64,000 bases of DNA from Dendrobates tinctorius (GCF_039654945.1 NW_027361687.1:34906001-34970000), one strand, 5' to 3'. Positions 27,585 to 39,555 are shown, numbered from the stretch's first letter. The notes: generated by a model not told the origin, from the sequence alone. Numbers and translations: made by a program.

Positions 27585-28788
27585 TCATTCCCTACTTAAC
27601 CCAAGAGTACAGGCCCCAACAACGGATCTCCATGCTGACGATCTGGCTAATTATTTCAAAGAAAAAACTGACCATATCCGACAGGAAATTATCTCCCAAT
27701 CACCTCATACCATGCACTGTCCTTCCTCCCCCACTGCATCTAGCTCACTCTCTGATTTTGAACCAGTCACAGAAGAAGAAGTAATCAGCCTCCTTGCATC
27801 TTCTCGCCCTACCACTTGCACCAGTGACCCATTTCCGTCACATCTCCTCCAGTCCCTTTCCCCTGCTGTCACCACTCACCTAACTAAAATATTTAACCTC
27901 TCTCTCTTCTGGTATCTTTCCGTCCTCATTTAAGCATGCCATCATACAGCCATTACTTAAAAAACCATCCCTCGTCCAAAACTGGGCCGCGAAATATAGA
28001 CCTGTCTCTAATCTTCCCTTCATCTCTAAACTCCTGGAATGCTTGGTCCACACCAGTCTTATCCGCTATCTCTCAGATAACTCTCTCCTGGACCCTCTAC
28101 AATCCGGATTCCGCTCTCTACTGAAACTGCCCTCACTAAAGTCTCTAATGATCTACTAACAGCTAAATCAAATGGTCATTACTCCATACTAATTCTCTTG
28201 GATCTCTCTGCAGCATTCGACACTGTGGATCATCAGCTCCTCCTCACTATTCTCCGCTCCATCGGCCTCAAGGACACCGTTCTCTCCTGGTTCTCCTCCT
28301 ATCTCTCTGACAGCTCCTTTACTGTATCTTTTGCCGGTTCCTCCTCCTCTCACCTTCCCCTTACTGTTGGGGTCCCCCAAGGATCGGTTCTAGGCCCCCT
28401 CCTCTTCTCCTTGTACACTGCCCCTATTGGTCAAGCAATCAGTAGATTTGGTTTCCAGTACCATCTCTATGCTGATGACACCCAATTATACGCTTCTTCT
28501 CCTGACATCACGCCAGCCTTTCTAGAAAACACTGGCGATTGTCTAAACGCTGTGTCTAACATCATGTCCTCACTATATCTGAAACTGAACCTGTCAAAGA
28601 CTGAACTCCTGGTGTTTCCTCCCTCTACTAACCTACCTATGCCCGACATTGCCATTTCCGTGTGTGGTTCCACTACTACTCCCCAGCAACATGCCCGCTG
28701 TCTTGGGGTCATACTTGACTCCGAGCTTTCATTTGCCCCCCCCACATACGATCACTGACTCGCTCTTGTCATCTGCACCTCAAAAACA
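27585..28788 (+). mobile_element. L2 LINE RT fragment, frameshifted
   Basis: [48 protein letters not shown] and LKLNLSKTE found across shifted frames. Confidence 0.9.
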
Positions 28789-30036
28789 TTTTTTTTTTTT
28801 TTTAAATTCGTTTATTGAACTTCAGGACATAAAACATGTACAACATGCAATTGGCCCATGTTAATAAACATTTTCCACAGAGCATACATGTTTCCATCCA
28901 TTATTAGCCAAATAATTATACACTATTTTTTTTTCTTAAAAGAACACAGTAGTATTATACATAACCTTCCCAGTATGCGCAAAGGACAGTTGGTTATATA
29001 TCATAAAACATATATATTGAACAAATCTCATAAGCCTTTAACATATTATTCGGATGAGGAAATCTAATCAGAAATTCCTAAACTAAACTACGACTACCAC
29101 TACATCAACCTATATCTACTATTTCGCAGCCTAGTATCCTACAGCATATCTCGTATGTGATGTCTCAACCTTGCAGGGTAAGGAGAGAGGAGTTCCACAT
29201 CCCCAAAATCTTTTCAAATTTCCCCGGACATCCCGTTTTGGTATAACGTGCGCTCGTATGGAACAATCGAATTCACCCAGTCAATCCATATTCTAAGGGA
29301 GGGGGACAAAGTTCCCATTCACCGTAATGCCAGAACCTTCCATGCCATAAATAATGTCTCACGCAGGAAGACACTATCATATCGATCCCAGATCTCCTCA
29401 TCCCATACCCCAAACAAGCAGACCAGTGGCTCTAGAGGGACCGGGGCTTGTACTAGGGATGACAGTGATGATGTCACCTCTCTCCAGTAATGCAGGACAG
29501 TGGGACAGTTCTCCTGACAGAACTTATGGCAGATTCTGCTCCCGCTGACAGCATGTATGTGTATAAAGAGGAGATGAGGGCCCTGCGATTTGAGGATTCC
29601 TATCAGAGGTAGAGATGAAATAGTACGGCCTACACCCTTACATCTCACATGCGATTGAAGAGCTGATCTCAGTTGTAAATAGCGGAAGAATTGGTATCTT
29701 GGGATATCATGTGTGACCTGTAATTGCTCAAAAGACTTCAAGGTCCCCTGATCATATAAGTCCCCCATCGAAGAGACCTAGTTTTCCCCCATATAAAAGA
29801 CGTGATCTGGGAGTTGAGATTCACAAAGAAAGATCTGGGCACCATCACAGCACTGTGCTGAAGGGAGTAGCTAAGCTTGGGAAGCAATATCATTTTAATC
29901 AAGTTAATGCGTCCGGCTACAGACAACAGAAGTTTGCTCCAGGATGCAAATTTAACTTTAACTAGTTCCAGCAGTGGGTGGACATTAAGTTGTAAATCAA
30001 ACGCACTATCACGGGATATATAGATACCCAGAAATT
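28789..30036 (-). mobile_element. L1-clade LINE 3' fragment with poly(A) tail, abutting the L2
   Basis: T15 at 28789-28803 and minus-strand AATAAA at 28811-28816. Degenerate ORF2 C-terminus LGIYI...LSVAGRINLIKMILLPKL...SFIW, FFRYLQLR. Confidence 0.85.
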
Positions 30037-30059
30037 GAAAATTTTAATCTTGGAGTCTT

Positions 30060-30395
30060 GTCTTTCTGCTCTAAGCCAGAGAAACCAAGGAAAGACCTGC
30101 CCACAGGCTGCCCTGATGCACAAACATGGTACTCATCATAGGGAGACAGACTGTTTGTGCTTCAGGGCAGCCTGTGGGCAGGTCTTTCCTTGGTTTCTCT
30201 GGCTTAGAACAGAAAGACTGCCTACAGTCCCGCCCGGGAGCACGAGCATCTCATTAACTGAAAACTTCTAACACTGATTACACAAGAAGCACAAGACTGA
30301 TTTCTTCACACCAGGTATTATTTTAATCAGCGTAACAGAGCCAACATAATGCATGTAGTTTACTTGGCAGGATTTTTCTAACAGGTTCACTTTAA
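30060..30395. mobile_element. Partial T2/Kolobok-type MITE with an internal 67-bp inverted repeat
   Basis: Arms 30060-30126 and 30152-30218 with 2 mismatches. Terminus ...ACAGGTTCACT-TTAA at about 30395; the other terminus is not seen. Confidence 0.6.
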
Positions 30396-30511
30396 GGGGG
30401 ATCTGACACACAGACACCCGTTATATGAAGAGCACAATAGCCCTTCACAGGAGGAGGCACCTTCACTAGTTTACAGACTGGTCACCAGTATCTCTTCCTT
30501 TCTTTTCCCAG

Positions 30512-30574
30512 TATGATGGCGCCTTCTCTTCCACACGCTTGCAGAACTGGAGTGTCCCCCGCCCCCGCCAGGAG
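30512..30574 (+). CDS. CFAP126: Protein Flattop, exon 2
   Basis: YDGAFSSTRLQNWSVPRPRQE; 63 nt, AG/GT flanked. Confidence 0.92.
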
Positions 30575-30654
30575 GTAATGTCCATATCCTGCCCCTTCTG
30601 GGGGCCCGTGTTTGGTCAGTGTATGCATACTCTCATCATCCTCATCTGTTCCAG

Positions 30655-30735
30655 GCAGCGGCTGCCCAAGACGGCTTCACGCAATTCATCTCCAATGACA
30701 GAGGTCACCTGTTGTCGGGGGTCCCAAGGTCAAAG
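30655..30735 (+). CDS. CFAP126: Protein Flattop, exon 3
   Basis: AAAAQDGFTQFISNDRGHLLSGVPRSK; 81 nt; conserved NDRGHLL motif. Confidence 0.93.
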
Positions 30736-30855
30736 GTGAGTTTTGGGCACCCATCATACTATTACATAGATCTTCTTACAGGGGAGCTCCAATAGCAGAT
30801 GTGGCTGGAGAAGGTGCGCATACTGTACTCATCTCCCCCATCTCTTATCTTTCAG

Positions 30856-31032
30856 ATCAGTCCATGGGGAACCTTCATCGGCACCTGGGATATGCCCACC
30901 AAGATCCCCCCTGCTAAAGTGAGTCTCACCTCCCGCTCCGCGGATGCCTCTAGACGTCTCACCGATTGGATCAGGAGATCGGACACCCTGGTTACCGCCT
31001 GTAACAGACTGAGACCGGATGTCACTGGGAAG
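30856..31032 (+). CDS. CFAP126: Protein Flattop, exon 4
   Basis: ISPWGTFIGTWDMPTKIPPAKVSLTSRS...VTGK; 177 nt. Confidence 0.94.
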
Positions 31033-31369
31033 GTGTGTCCACCAAGACAGAACTGCTGGGACTTGGTAGTCTCACATCAACTGGAGAGTCCAATAGTCTT
31101 TCTACAGTCATGCCTAAAAGTCAAGAGGGTTCTTGCACGAGACTCGTATCTCAATACCCAGCACTGCCGCTGGCACTCGGGACCGGAGTGTGCGGCGGCA
31201 TGTATTTCTATGCAGCTGAGCGCCCAAGTCCCAAGTGCCAGTTCTGGGTATTGAGATACGAGTCTCGTGCTTAGATGGAGCAGATGCCGTCTCAGGTCTG
31301 TAATTGTGACACTGTCCCTTCAAGACATCCACCTGATCACTATAGAAATTCTCTTTCCTGGACTAACAG

Positions 31370-31450
31370 GTTCCTCTCACGAAAGAAAAAGATGATCTGC
31401 AGCAGCCATGCCAGTCTCATTCAGAAGAGCACCCCCAGAAAGAGGTGTAG
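31370..31450 (+). CDS. CFAP126: Protein Flattop, probable exon 5 (last)
   Basis: Pyrimidine tract plus aacag acceptor; VPLTKEKDDLQQPCQSHSEEHPQKEV*. The frame continues to TAA at 31546; ATTAAA at 31553. This region is poorly conserved, so confidence is lower. Confidence 0.65.
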   Translation, partial: VPLTKEKDDLQQPCQSHSEEHPQKEV

Positions 31451-32016
31451 CAGCCCTGTGTCAGCCACAATGAAGGCCGAGGCAGTCGTTATGAGGAACC
31501 AGGAGGCCAGGGGACGATGGAGGACGGGACCAAACTGCCACTGTAAATCCTCATTAAACCTGAGAACCACCTGTCATGTCTCCTTACCATTTACATGTAA
31601 AGTGAGAAGAGAGACCGCCCCAATCATACCATACCCCAAGAAACCACGATCAATTAGTAAAGTCTCATCACAGTGTGCAGGCTGCAAACAGCAGCCTGTA
31701 TCTCAGCTTCCCCAGGTATTAATCAAATGGAGGCGTCCTCGTTATGTGACACATCACTCACTGTTTTACCACATATTACCACCAGAGGGCCTTGCTCTGT
31801 GTGTGAATTGCCACCTAGTGGTCACAGTCATGAGCTCCCCCATCACTGCGTTAATAATGGTCAGAACCACAGTTTCCCTGTCCAGCACGAAGGGGGCCGC
31901 GCCACCCTCTCAACATTCTTCTGAGACATGATCATTCCTGCAGACAATGCCCCATGTGTCTGCGGCGGTCAGAGATCACAGGCAGGGGGACGACAGACAC
32001 TTCTTACACAATATAT

Positions 32017-32022
32017 TTTATT
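32017..32022 (-). terminator. SDHC: SDHC polyadenylation signal
   Basis: Minus-strand AATAAA about 600 nt after the stop. Confidence 0.65.
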
Positions 32023-32620
32023 GATTCAAAAGAAAGTTTTCATTCTCTCCTCCTTCAGGCATAGAAATGGGGGTGATGCGACTCCCCCAAAGCAAAGAGC
32101 TGTATGAATTATTTCACCTAATAGTGTATTCCCTTCTATGTATGGGCCGAAGGGGAAGTTCCATTTCGGTCGCCTCTACCTGTGAAGCTGGAAGTCGACT
32201 GGCAGGTCTCTACCAAGCCAAATAATTCACTTTCCACAGTATAACTGTATTAAAAGGGGAATAGCCTGGTCTAATGATGAGTGGGACATAACCAATCCTT
32301 TTAAATACATAACCCCAGGATACTAAGATCCGTGTCGCTGTCCCTTGGTCTTACAATTGTCCTTTCCTTGCTCCCCACGCAAATTGTGGAATTTTAATTC
32401 CCTTCCCACAATAAACCAGGACAATGGGGTCCTTTATGTGTCTGTGTGATGGGCACAGACTCTGCTCATGCAGCATGGAGCAGAGACATTTCCCTTTAAT
32501 AGCCAGTGGAGGGTCACCTGTGTCTTTGGAGGGGTTTATGGCAGACTGGACGATGGACATGGTGGGCCATGGGATAAGACACCAGAAATCCCAATTAGAG
32601 GCGGTGAAAGACTCTTTGGA

Positions 32621-32725
32621 TCACAGGGAAGCAATGCCCGCTGCAGACAGGAGGGTGAGCGCCAGCACGATGTAGCCCGTCTGGTACACCTCAGGGATCT
32701 TAAAGCCTTTGCCGAGGTCCCAGGC
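32621..32725 (-). CDS. SDHC: Succinate dehydrogenase cytochrome b560 subunit, exon 6
   Basis: [34 protein letters not shown]. Confidence 0.96.
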   Translation of the reverse strand, partial: AWDLGKGFKIPEVYQTGYIVLALTLLSAAGIASL

Positions 32726-32898
32726 CTGTGGAAAAAGGAGATTGTCACTGTCAGGACACTGATCACCTCTACTCCAGTTACATCCAAAGCTGCATCGTTT
32801 TTTTTTTCCCCACCCTCCGCTCTGGAGAGGGGAGATCAAGACGAGTAGATAAAGCTTTGGCTATGAGTAGAGCACAAAGCATCTATGCCAGTACTCAC

Positions 32899-33062
32899 CA
32901 GGTGGCGGATGCCGTTCCACGTGTGATACATGACGGGGAAAGCAATGGCAAACTTGGCAGAGTAGATGAGCGCTGGGCCGAGGCTTAGAGACTTGATGAG
33001 GTCCAGGTACGAGGCGTAATCTCCAGGGAGAACGAGGGCGGCCAGGCCGAACATTGACACAC
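32899..33062 (-). CDS. SDHC: SDHC exon 5
   Basis: [13 protein letters not shown]...[20 protein letters not shown]; includes the heme-ligand His; 164 nt. Confidence 0.96.
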
Positions 33063-33139
33063 CTGAGAAGGACAGGGCGATCATACAAGGCGGAATAATA
33101 CAGAACAAATATGGCCGCCACCCAGACTCTGGCACTCAC

Positions 33140-33201
33140 CAGCACTCAGGGCAATACCCGTTCCTCTGTGCGTGATAGACATCATCATGGGCAAAGACCA
33201 T
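33140..33201 (-). CDS. SDHC: SDHC exon 4
   Basis: [20 protein letters not shown]; 62 nt. Confidence 0.96.
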
Positions 33202-33929
33202 CTGTGAAGAGAAGAGAACCAGCAATCAGTACCGAGGAGAATCACATCCTGAGCTGCACTCATAGTTTTGCCGATTTCCAGTTAGCTTCCATCTCACTGC
33301 TGACCCCTGTAGTACGGTGTATATTACAGGGGATTTAGTCACATACCAAGCTGCACTCATTTACTGCATTTCTGTCAGCCCTCAGGATCAGGGAGCACTG
33401 TACACACCACATCTTCCGCTGTGCAATGCATCATGGGAGCTCCCATGTCCCGAGGAATTGCTCTTCATGCAGTTGTCTAACAGTGGACAGAACATACATT
33501 ATATACATGGCTGGGATTTGGGTAGGATTTTAGTAAATGCCAATTTTAGGGTCATGAGGGGGAAAAACAACTAAATCTGGATCCAAAATTAGCCAAAGTT
33601 GTAGATATAAAGGGAGAGCGATGCCGGCGAGGGTGGGTGGGGGGCAGCAGCGATGGCACATTCTCCAGTGGGGATGGTGTCAGGAATGCTGTGAGGGGGA
33701 GCCGCTGCCGTCCTCACCCCTTGTCTTACATAGCAGGGTCATTCATGGGGCCGGTATGTGAGCGGGCGGAGGAACAATGCAGCCGCCGGCTCGGCACTTG
33801 CTGAAGGGACAACTTTCCCTGGCACAGGGCACGGTGATGCCCACCTAGTGCCGCCGAGGAATGTCTGCTGCTGGGTCCTGGCAGAGAGGGCTGTGCAGGT
33901 GGTCATAGGGGATATTTCTAGTGTCTTAC

Positions 33930-34031
33930 TTATAGATAGAGATGTGGGGCGACATGGGGCGGCTCAGCCGGGCGTTCTTGTCCCAGAAGCGATCCATCTC
34001 CTGCTTGGCTGACGTTCCCATGGGAACATTG
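33930..34031 (-). CDS. SDHC: SDHC exon 3
   Basis: NVPMGTSAKQEMDRFWDKNARLSRPMSPHISIY; 102 nt. Confidence 0.96.
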   Translation of the reverse strand, partial: QCSHGNVSQAGDGSLLGQERPAEPPHVAPHLYL

Positions 34032-34138
34032 CTGAAAAGAACGAGGAGGACATTAGCAGCGACACTGAACACCCCTTTAAACCAGCATCTTGGTGTTGTG
34101 CGACAGGACTGCAATCATCCACAAAGGGGGACACTTAC

Positions 34139-34195
34139 TTTCGGAGGCATAGGCCTGGGCGGAGCGGGGAGCTCAGGCATCGCCACGCACTCTGT
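34139..34195 (-). CDS. SDHC: SDHC exon 2 (transit peptide)
   Basis: QSAWRCLSSPLRPGLCLR; 57 nt, phases compatible with neighbouring exons. Confidence 0.9.
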
Positions 34196-34299
34196 CTGAT
34201 GGAGGAAGCAGAAGTCCAGGTCACACAGGAAACAAAGCAGCTTAAAGGGCAACTCCACCACATGATTTCACATGTAGGGGCATGAAAAAGGTGCCAGAA

Positions 34300-35965
34300 T
34301 CCCAGGGGGGGGGGCTCTCCATATATGGGATAGATGCCATCCGCACCCTGGGGGGGCTCTCCATATATGGGATAGATGCCATCCGCACCCAGGGGGGGCC
34401 CCTCCACATATGTGATAGATGCCATCCGCACCCTGGGGGGGCCTCTCCACATATGGGATAGATGCCATCCGCACCCGGGGTGGTGTCTCCTCCATATATG
34501 GGATAGATGCCATCCGCNNNNNNNNNNNNNNNNNNNNNNNNNNNNNNNNNNNNNNNNNNNNNNNNNNNNNNNNNNNNNNNNNNNNNNNNNNNNNNNNNNN
34601 NNNNNNNNNNNNNNNNNNNNNNNNNNNNNNNNNNNNNNNNNNNNNNNNNNNNNNNNNNNNNNNNNNNCGGGGGGGGGGGGTCTCCTCCATATATAGGAGG
34701 TGCCATTTGCACCCAGGGGGGCCCACCATATACGTGTAAGATGCCATCCGCACCCGGGGGGGGGGGGGGCGCCTCCATATATGTGATAGATGCCATCCAC
34801 ACCCTGGGCGGGCCCTCCATATGCGTGATAGATGCCATCCGCACCCTGGGGGGGGGCCCCTCCATATTTGTGATAGACACCATACGCACCCTGGGGGGGC
34901 CCCTCCATATATGCGATAGATGCCATCCGCACCCCGGGGGGGGGGGGGGGGCCCTCCATATATGTGATAGACGCCATCCGCACCCTGGGGGGGGGGGGGG
35001 GCCCTCCATATATGTGATAGACGCCATCCGCACCCTGGGGGGGGGGGGGGGCCCTCCATATATGTGATAGACGCCATCCGCACCCTGGGGGGGGCCCTCC
35101 ATATATGTGATAGACGCCATCCGCACCCTGGGGGGGGGCCCTCCATATATGTGATAGACGCCATCCGCACCCTGGGGGGGGGCCCTCCATATATGTGATA
35201 GACGCCATCCGCACCCTGGGGGGCCCCCCATATATGTGATAGACGCCATCCGCACCCTGGGGGGGGGGCCCTCCATATATGTGATAGATGCCATCCAAAC
35301 CCTGGGGGGGGGCCCTCCATATATGTGATAGATGCCATCCACACCCTGGGGGGGGGGCCCCTCCATATATGTGATAGATGCCATCCACACCCTGGGGGGG
35401 GGGCCCCTCCATATATGTGATAGATGCCATCCACACCCTGGGGGGGGGGCCCCTCCATATATGTGATAGACGCCATCCACACCCTGGGGGGGGGCCCTCC
35501 ATATATGTGATAGACGCCATCCACACCCTGGGGGGGGGCCCTCCATATATGTGATAGATGCCATCCACACCCTGGGGGGGGGGGGGCCCCTCCATATATG
35601 TGATAGATGCCATCCACACCCTGGGGGGGGGGGCCCCTCCATATATGTGATAGATGCCATCCACACCCTGGGGGGGGGGGCCCCTCCATATATGTGATAG
35701 ACGCCATCCGCACCCTGGGGGGCCCCTCCATATATGTGATAGATGCCATCCACACCCTGGGGGGGGGCCCTCCATATATGTGATAGACACCATCCGCACC
35801 CTGGGGGGCTCCTCCATATATGTGATAGATGCCATCCGCACCCCGGGGTGGGGTCTCCTCCATATATAGGAGAGATGCCATCTGCACCCCGGGGATCTCC
35901 TCCATATATGTGAGCAGTATCATCAGCACCCTGGGGGTCTCCTCCATATATGTGAGCCCCCATGT
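34300..35965. repeat. About 44-50 bp minisatellite with a variable poly-G tract in SDHC intron 1
   Basis: Unit CCCTCCATATATGTGATAGA(T/C)GCCATCC(G/A)CACCCTG(n). Confidence 0.95.
34518..34667. other. Assembly gap (150 N)
   Basis: Run of N inside the minisatellite; the true array length is unknown. Confidence 0.99.
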
Positions 35966-36244
35966 GGAAGAGTAATGGATGAGAACGCCCTTAAGTGGCT
36001 TGCATCCCCTCCCATGTATGGCTAATAATTAGGGGACACTAGACCCCCCCGATACCACACAGTGGCCTCCAACCCCGAGCACGTCAACTTTAACCTTTGC
36101 CCCTCGAAGCCCAGTGCCCCCCTGATGACCCCCTTCCTCACCACAGCTGTTTCTTCACCTCCGCATACTGCACCCACCCCCCACAGTATCGACCACCGGT
36201 CCACAGAGCGGTTCCAGCCTCCCGATATCCCCAACTAAAGTCAC

Positions 36245-36264
36245 CTCAACAACAGCGCCGCCAT
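36245..36264 (-). CDS. SDHC: SDHC exon 1
   Basis: aagATGGCGGCGCTGTTGTTGAG|gtgact, MAALLL. The six exons total 510 nt (169 aa). Confidence 0.93.
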
Positions 36265-36425
36265 CTTCACACAGTGACGTCACGTCCCCGGACACGCGCG
36301 CATTAGTGTCGCTTGCCGCGCTGTCATTGGCCGAATCCTGAGGAAGGCGTGGTTACAGACTGGAGGGCGAATCTACTCGAGGAGGGAGTCATGTGACTCT
36401 AAGTCTGTAACCATGGCAACCACCA
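36255..36425 (-). promoter_or_regulatory. SDHC proximal promoter
   Basis: YY1-like CCGCCATCTT over the ATG; CRE GTGACGTCAC at 36274-36283; ATTGG at about 36326; GAGTCATGTGACTC at 36386-36399; X-box GTAACCATGGCAAC at 36407-36420. Confidence 0.7.
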
Positions 36426-36439
36426 CCGGGATGTATAGC

Positions 36440-38430
36440 GCAGGATTAGATACACCAGGACAGTATCACACTCGATGGATTAGATACAGCAGGACAGTAT
36501 CACACCCGATGGATTAGATACACCAGGACAGTATCACACCCGATGGATTAGATACAGCAGGACAGTATCACACTCGATGGTTTAGAAACAGCAGGACAGT
36601 ATCTCACCCGATGGATTAGATACACCAGGACAGTATCACACCCGATGGATTAGATACAGCAGGACAGTATCGCACCCGATTGATTAGATACACCAGGACA
36701 GTATCACACTCGATGGATTAGATACAGCAGGACAGTATCGCACCTGATGGATTAGATACACCAGGACAGTATCACACCCGATGGATTAGATACAGCAGGA
36801 CAGTATCATACCCGATGGATCAGATACTGCAGAACAATATCACACCCGATGGATTAGATACAGCAGGAAAGTATCACACCCGATGGATTAGATACACCAG
36901 GACAGTATCACACCTGATGGATTAGATACAGCAGAACAGTATCACACCTGATGGACTAGATACAGCAGGACAGTATCACACCTGATGGATTAGATACAGC
37001 AGGACAGTATCACACCTGATGGATTAGATACACCAGGACAGTATCACACCTGATGGATTAGAAGCAGAAGGACAGTATCGCACCCGATGGATTAGATACA
37101 GCAGGACAGTATCGCACCCAATGGATTAGATACAGCAGGACAGTATTGCACCTGATGGATTAGATACACCAGGACAGTATCGCACCTGATGGATTAGATA
37201 CAGCAGGACAGTATCGCACCTGATGGATTAGATACACCAGGACAGTATGACACTTGATGGATTAGATACACCAGTACAGTATCACACCCGATGGGTTAGA
37301 TACAACAGGACAGTATCACACCCGATGGATTAGATACAGCAGGACAGTATCGCACCCGATTGATTAGATACAGCAGGACAGTATCGCACCTGATGGATTA
37401 GATTCAGCAGGACAGTATCACACCTGATGGATTAGGTACAGCAGGACAGTATCACACCTGATGGACTAGATACACCAGGACAGTATCACACCTGATGGAC
37501 TAGATACACCAGGACAGTATCACACCTGATGGACTAGATACACCAGGACAGTATCACACCTGATGGATTAGATACACCAGGACAGTATCACACCTGATGG
37601 ATCAGATACACCAGGACAGTATCACACCTGATGGATCAGATACAGCAGGACAGTATCACACCTGATGGATTAGATACAGCAGGACAGTATCGCACCTGAT
37701 GGATTAGATACACCAGGACAGTATCACATCTGATGGATGGATTAGATACAGCAGTACAGTATCACATCTGATGGATTATATGCACCAGGACAGTATCACA
37801 TTTGATGTATTAGATACACTAGGAAAGTATCACACCTGATGGATTAGATACACCAGAACAGTATCACATCTGATGGATTAGATACACTAGGTCAGTATCA
37901 CACCGATGGATTAGATACACCATGACAGTATCACACCTGATGGATTAGATACACCAGGACAGTATCACATCTGATGGATTATATGCACCAGGTTAGTATC
38001 ATATCTGATGGATTAGATACACCAGGAAAGTATCACACCCGATGGATTAGATACACCAGAACAGTATCACATCTGATGGATTAGATACACTAGGTCAGTA
38101 TCACACCGATGGATTAGATACACCAAGACAGTATCACACCTGATGGATTAGATACACCATGACAGTATCACACCTGATGGATTAGATACACCACGATAGT
38201 GTCACACCTGATTGATTTGATACACCAGAACAGTATCACATCTGATGGATGGATTAGATACAGCAGTACAGTATCACATCTGATGGATTATATGCGCCAG
38301 GACAGTATCACAGGTGATGGATTAGATACACTAGGACAGTATCACACCTGATGGGTTAGGTACACCATGATGGGTTGGATAGACTAGGGCTGTATGACAT
38401 GATGGATTAGATACACATGGTAGGATGAGA
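36440..38430. repeat. 34-bp minisatellite between the SDHC and MPZ promoters
   Basis: Unit GGATTAGATACA(C/G)CAGGACAGTATCACACCTGAT, more than 50 copies. Confidence 0.95.
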
Positions 38431-38499
38431 TACAGTCTTGTTATCCCTGGTGGTCTCTTTGCCCCTCGCTGCCCCCTGGTGCCCGGTCTCAGTCTCCAT

Positions 38500-38671
38500 G
38501 CTTGGCTCCTCTCCCCCCTCCTGTGATTGGTCGTCTGCGGGGGAGAAGATTTCCCTTCCTCCCCTTTGGGGTTTTTAAGGCAGGGTCCCGCTGTCCCTCC
38601 TGGACTCCACAGCCACCGGGATCTGAGGGTTTCTGGGCTTCTCCTATGACTCTCCCACTACTGGACGACCA
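38500..38671 (+). promoter_or_regulatory. MPZ proximal promoter and 5' UTR
   Basis: GATTGG at about 38525 and TATA-like TTTTTAAG at about 38572, upstream of exon 1. Confidence 0.55.
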
Positions 38672-38729
38672 ATGGAATCGCTGACCTCCTCCCGCTGCTT
38701 GCTGGGCCTTGTAGTGCTCTTCGCTCTGA
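38672..38729 (+). CDS. MPZ: Myelin protein zero, exon 1 (signal peptide)
   Basis: MESLTSSRCLLGLVVLFAL|gtaagt; phase 1 matches exon 2. Confidence 0.85.
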
Positions 38730-39388
38730 GTAAGTCCTCGCTTCTTGTCACATAACTAAAAGTGGGCCGGTGACACGTATCTGTAGTCGAACTGTCATGC
38801 TTGGCATAGATGTAATGGTCTGCGGTCACAGCTGTGTATTTATGGCGGGGCTTTTGTATCCGGGAGGTGTATATAAAGCTGGTGGTGTCTGGAAACCGTC
38901 AGCAGGTAGGCTAGCTGTTTCTGACAGATCCTAATATGCTCTTGTATGTAATGTGACAGTCATTCATGACCCTGCCACACTGGGCAGTTTGTGAGGTCCC
39001 TCGTGCTCCGGGGCTCCAGAGAATGGGAGCGGTGCAGCTCCCAGAACTAAGACCATCCAGGACAGAGCAGCTTGCTGACAGTCTCCTTTTGGTCCAGTAA
39101 TGCCTGTGTGAGCCGTCACTTTCAGAATTGGAAACTTACAAAGAATATTTACAAATAGAATTCTGTTCTTTGTTGTTTTTTTTGTTGATTGTTTACAAAA
39201 TCTGAAAATTTCTATCAAATTTGTGCTTTTTTTTGGAAACTAAATTGCGATAAAAATATTTTATGTCGGACTGGAAGTTTATGAAAATTTAGGAGAAAAT
39301 CTTGGCCCTGTGTTTGCTTTCCCTCAAGGGTGCTGCCCCTGCGCTCCCCGGGGGTCTCTGCTACTCTGACACTTTCTCTGCCCCGCAG

Positions 39389-39555
39389 CGCTGCCCCCGG
39401 CCCTGGCCATAGAGGTGTACACGGCCCGCGAGATCCACGGCACGGTCGGCTCCCAGGTCCACCTGTCCTGCACCTTCTGGTCCAGTGAATGGATCTCAGA
39501 CGACATCTCCGTCACCTGGCACTACCAGCCTGACAACAGCAGGAGCACCTACTCG
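39389..39555 (+). CDS. MPZ: MPZ exon 2 (Ig-V, first half)
   Basis: LPPALAIEVYTAREIHGTVGSQVHLSCTFWSSEWISDDISVTWHYQP; 167 nt. Confidence 0.96.

Noticed and set aside
31423-31560. Minus-strand hydrophobic reading frame FNEDLQWQFG...LFLGVLF* that looked like an extra exon
   Set aside because: It is the antisense of the probable CFAP126 last exon and lies beyond the SDHC poly(A) signal.
34135-35963. About 570-aa ORFs in all three minus frames
   Set aside because: Minisatellite plus N gap; only 34139-34195 is real coding sequence (SDHC exon 2).
39138-39173. Inverted Sox-like sites ACAAAG/CTTTGT in MPZ intron 1
   Set aside because: Spacing is wide for a Sox10 dimer site, and the motifs are too short to support without conservation data.
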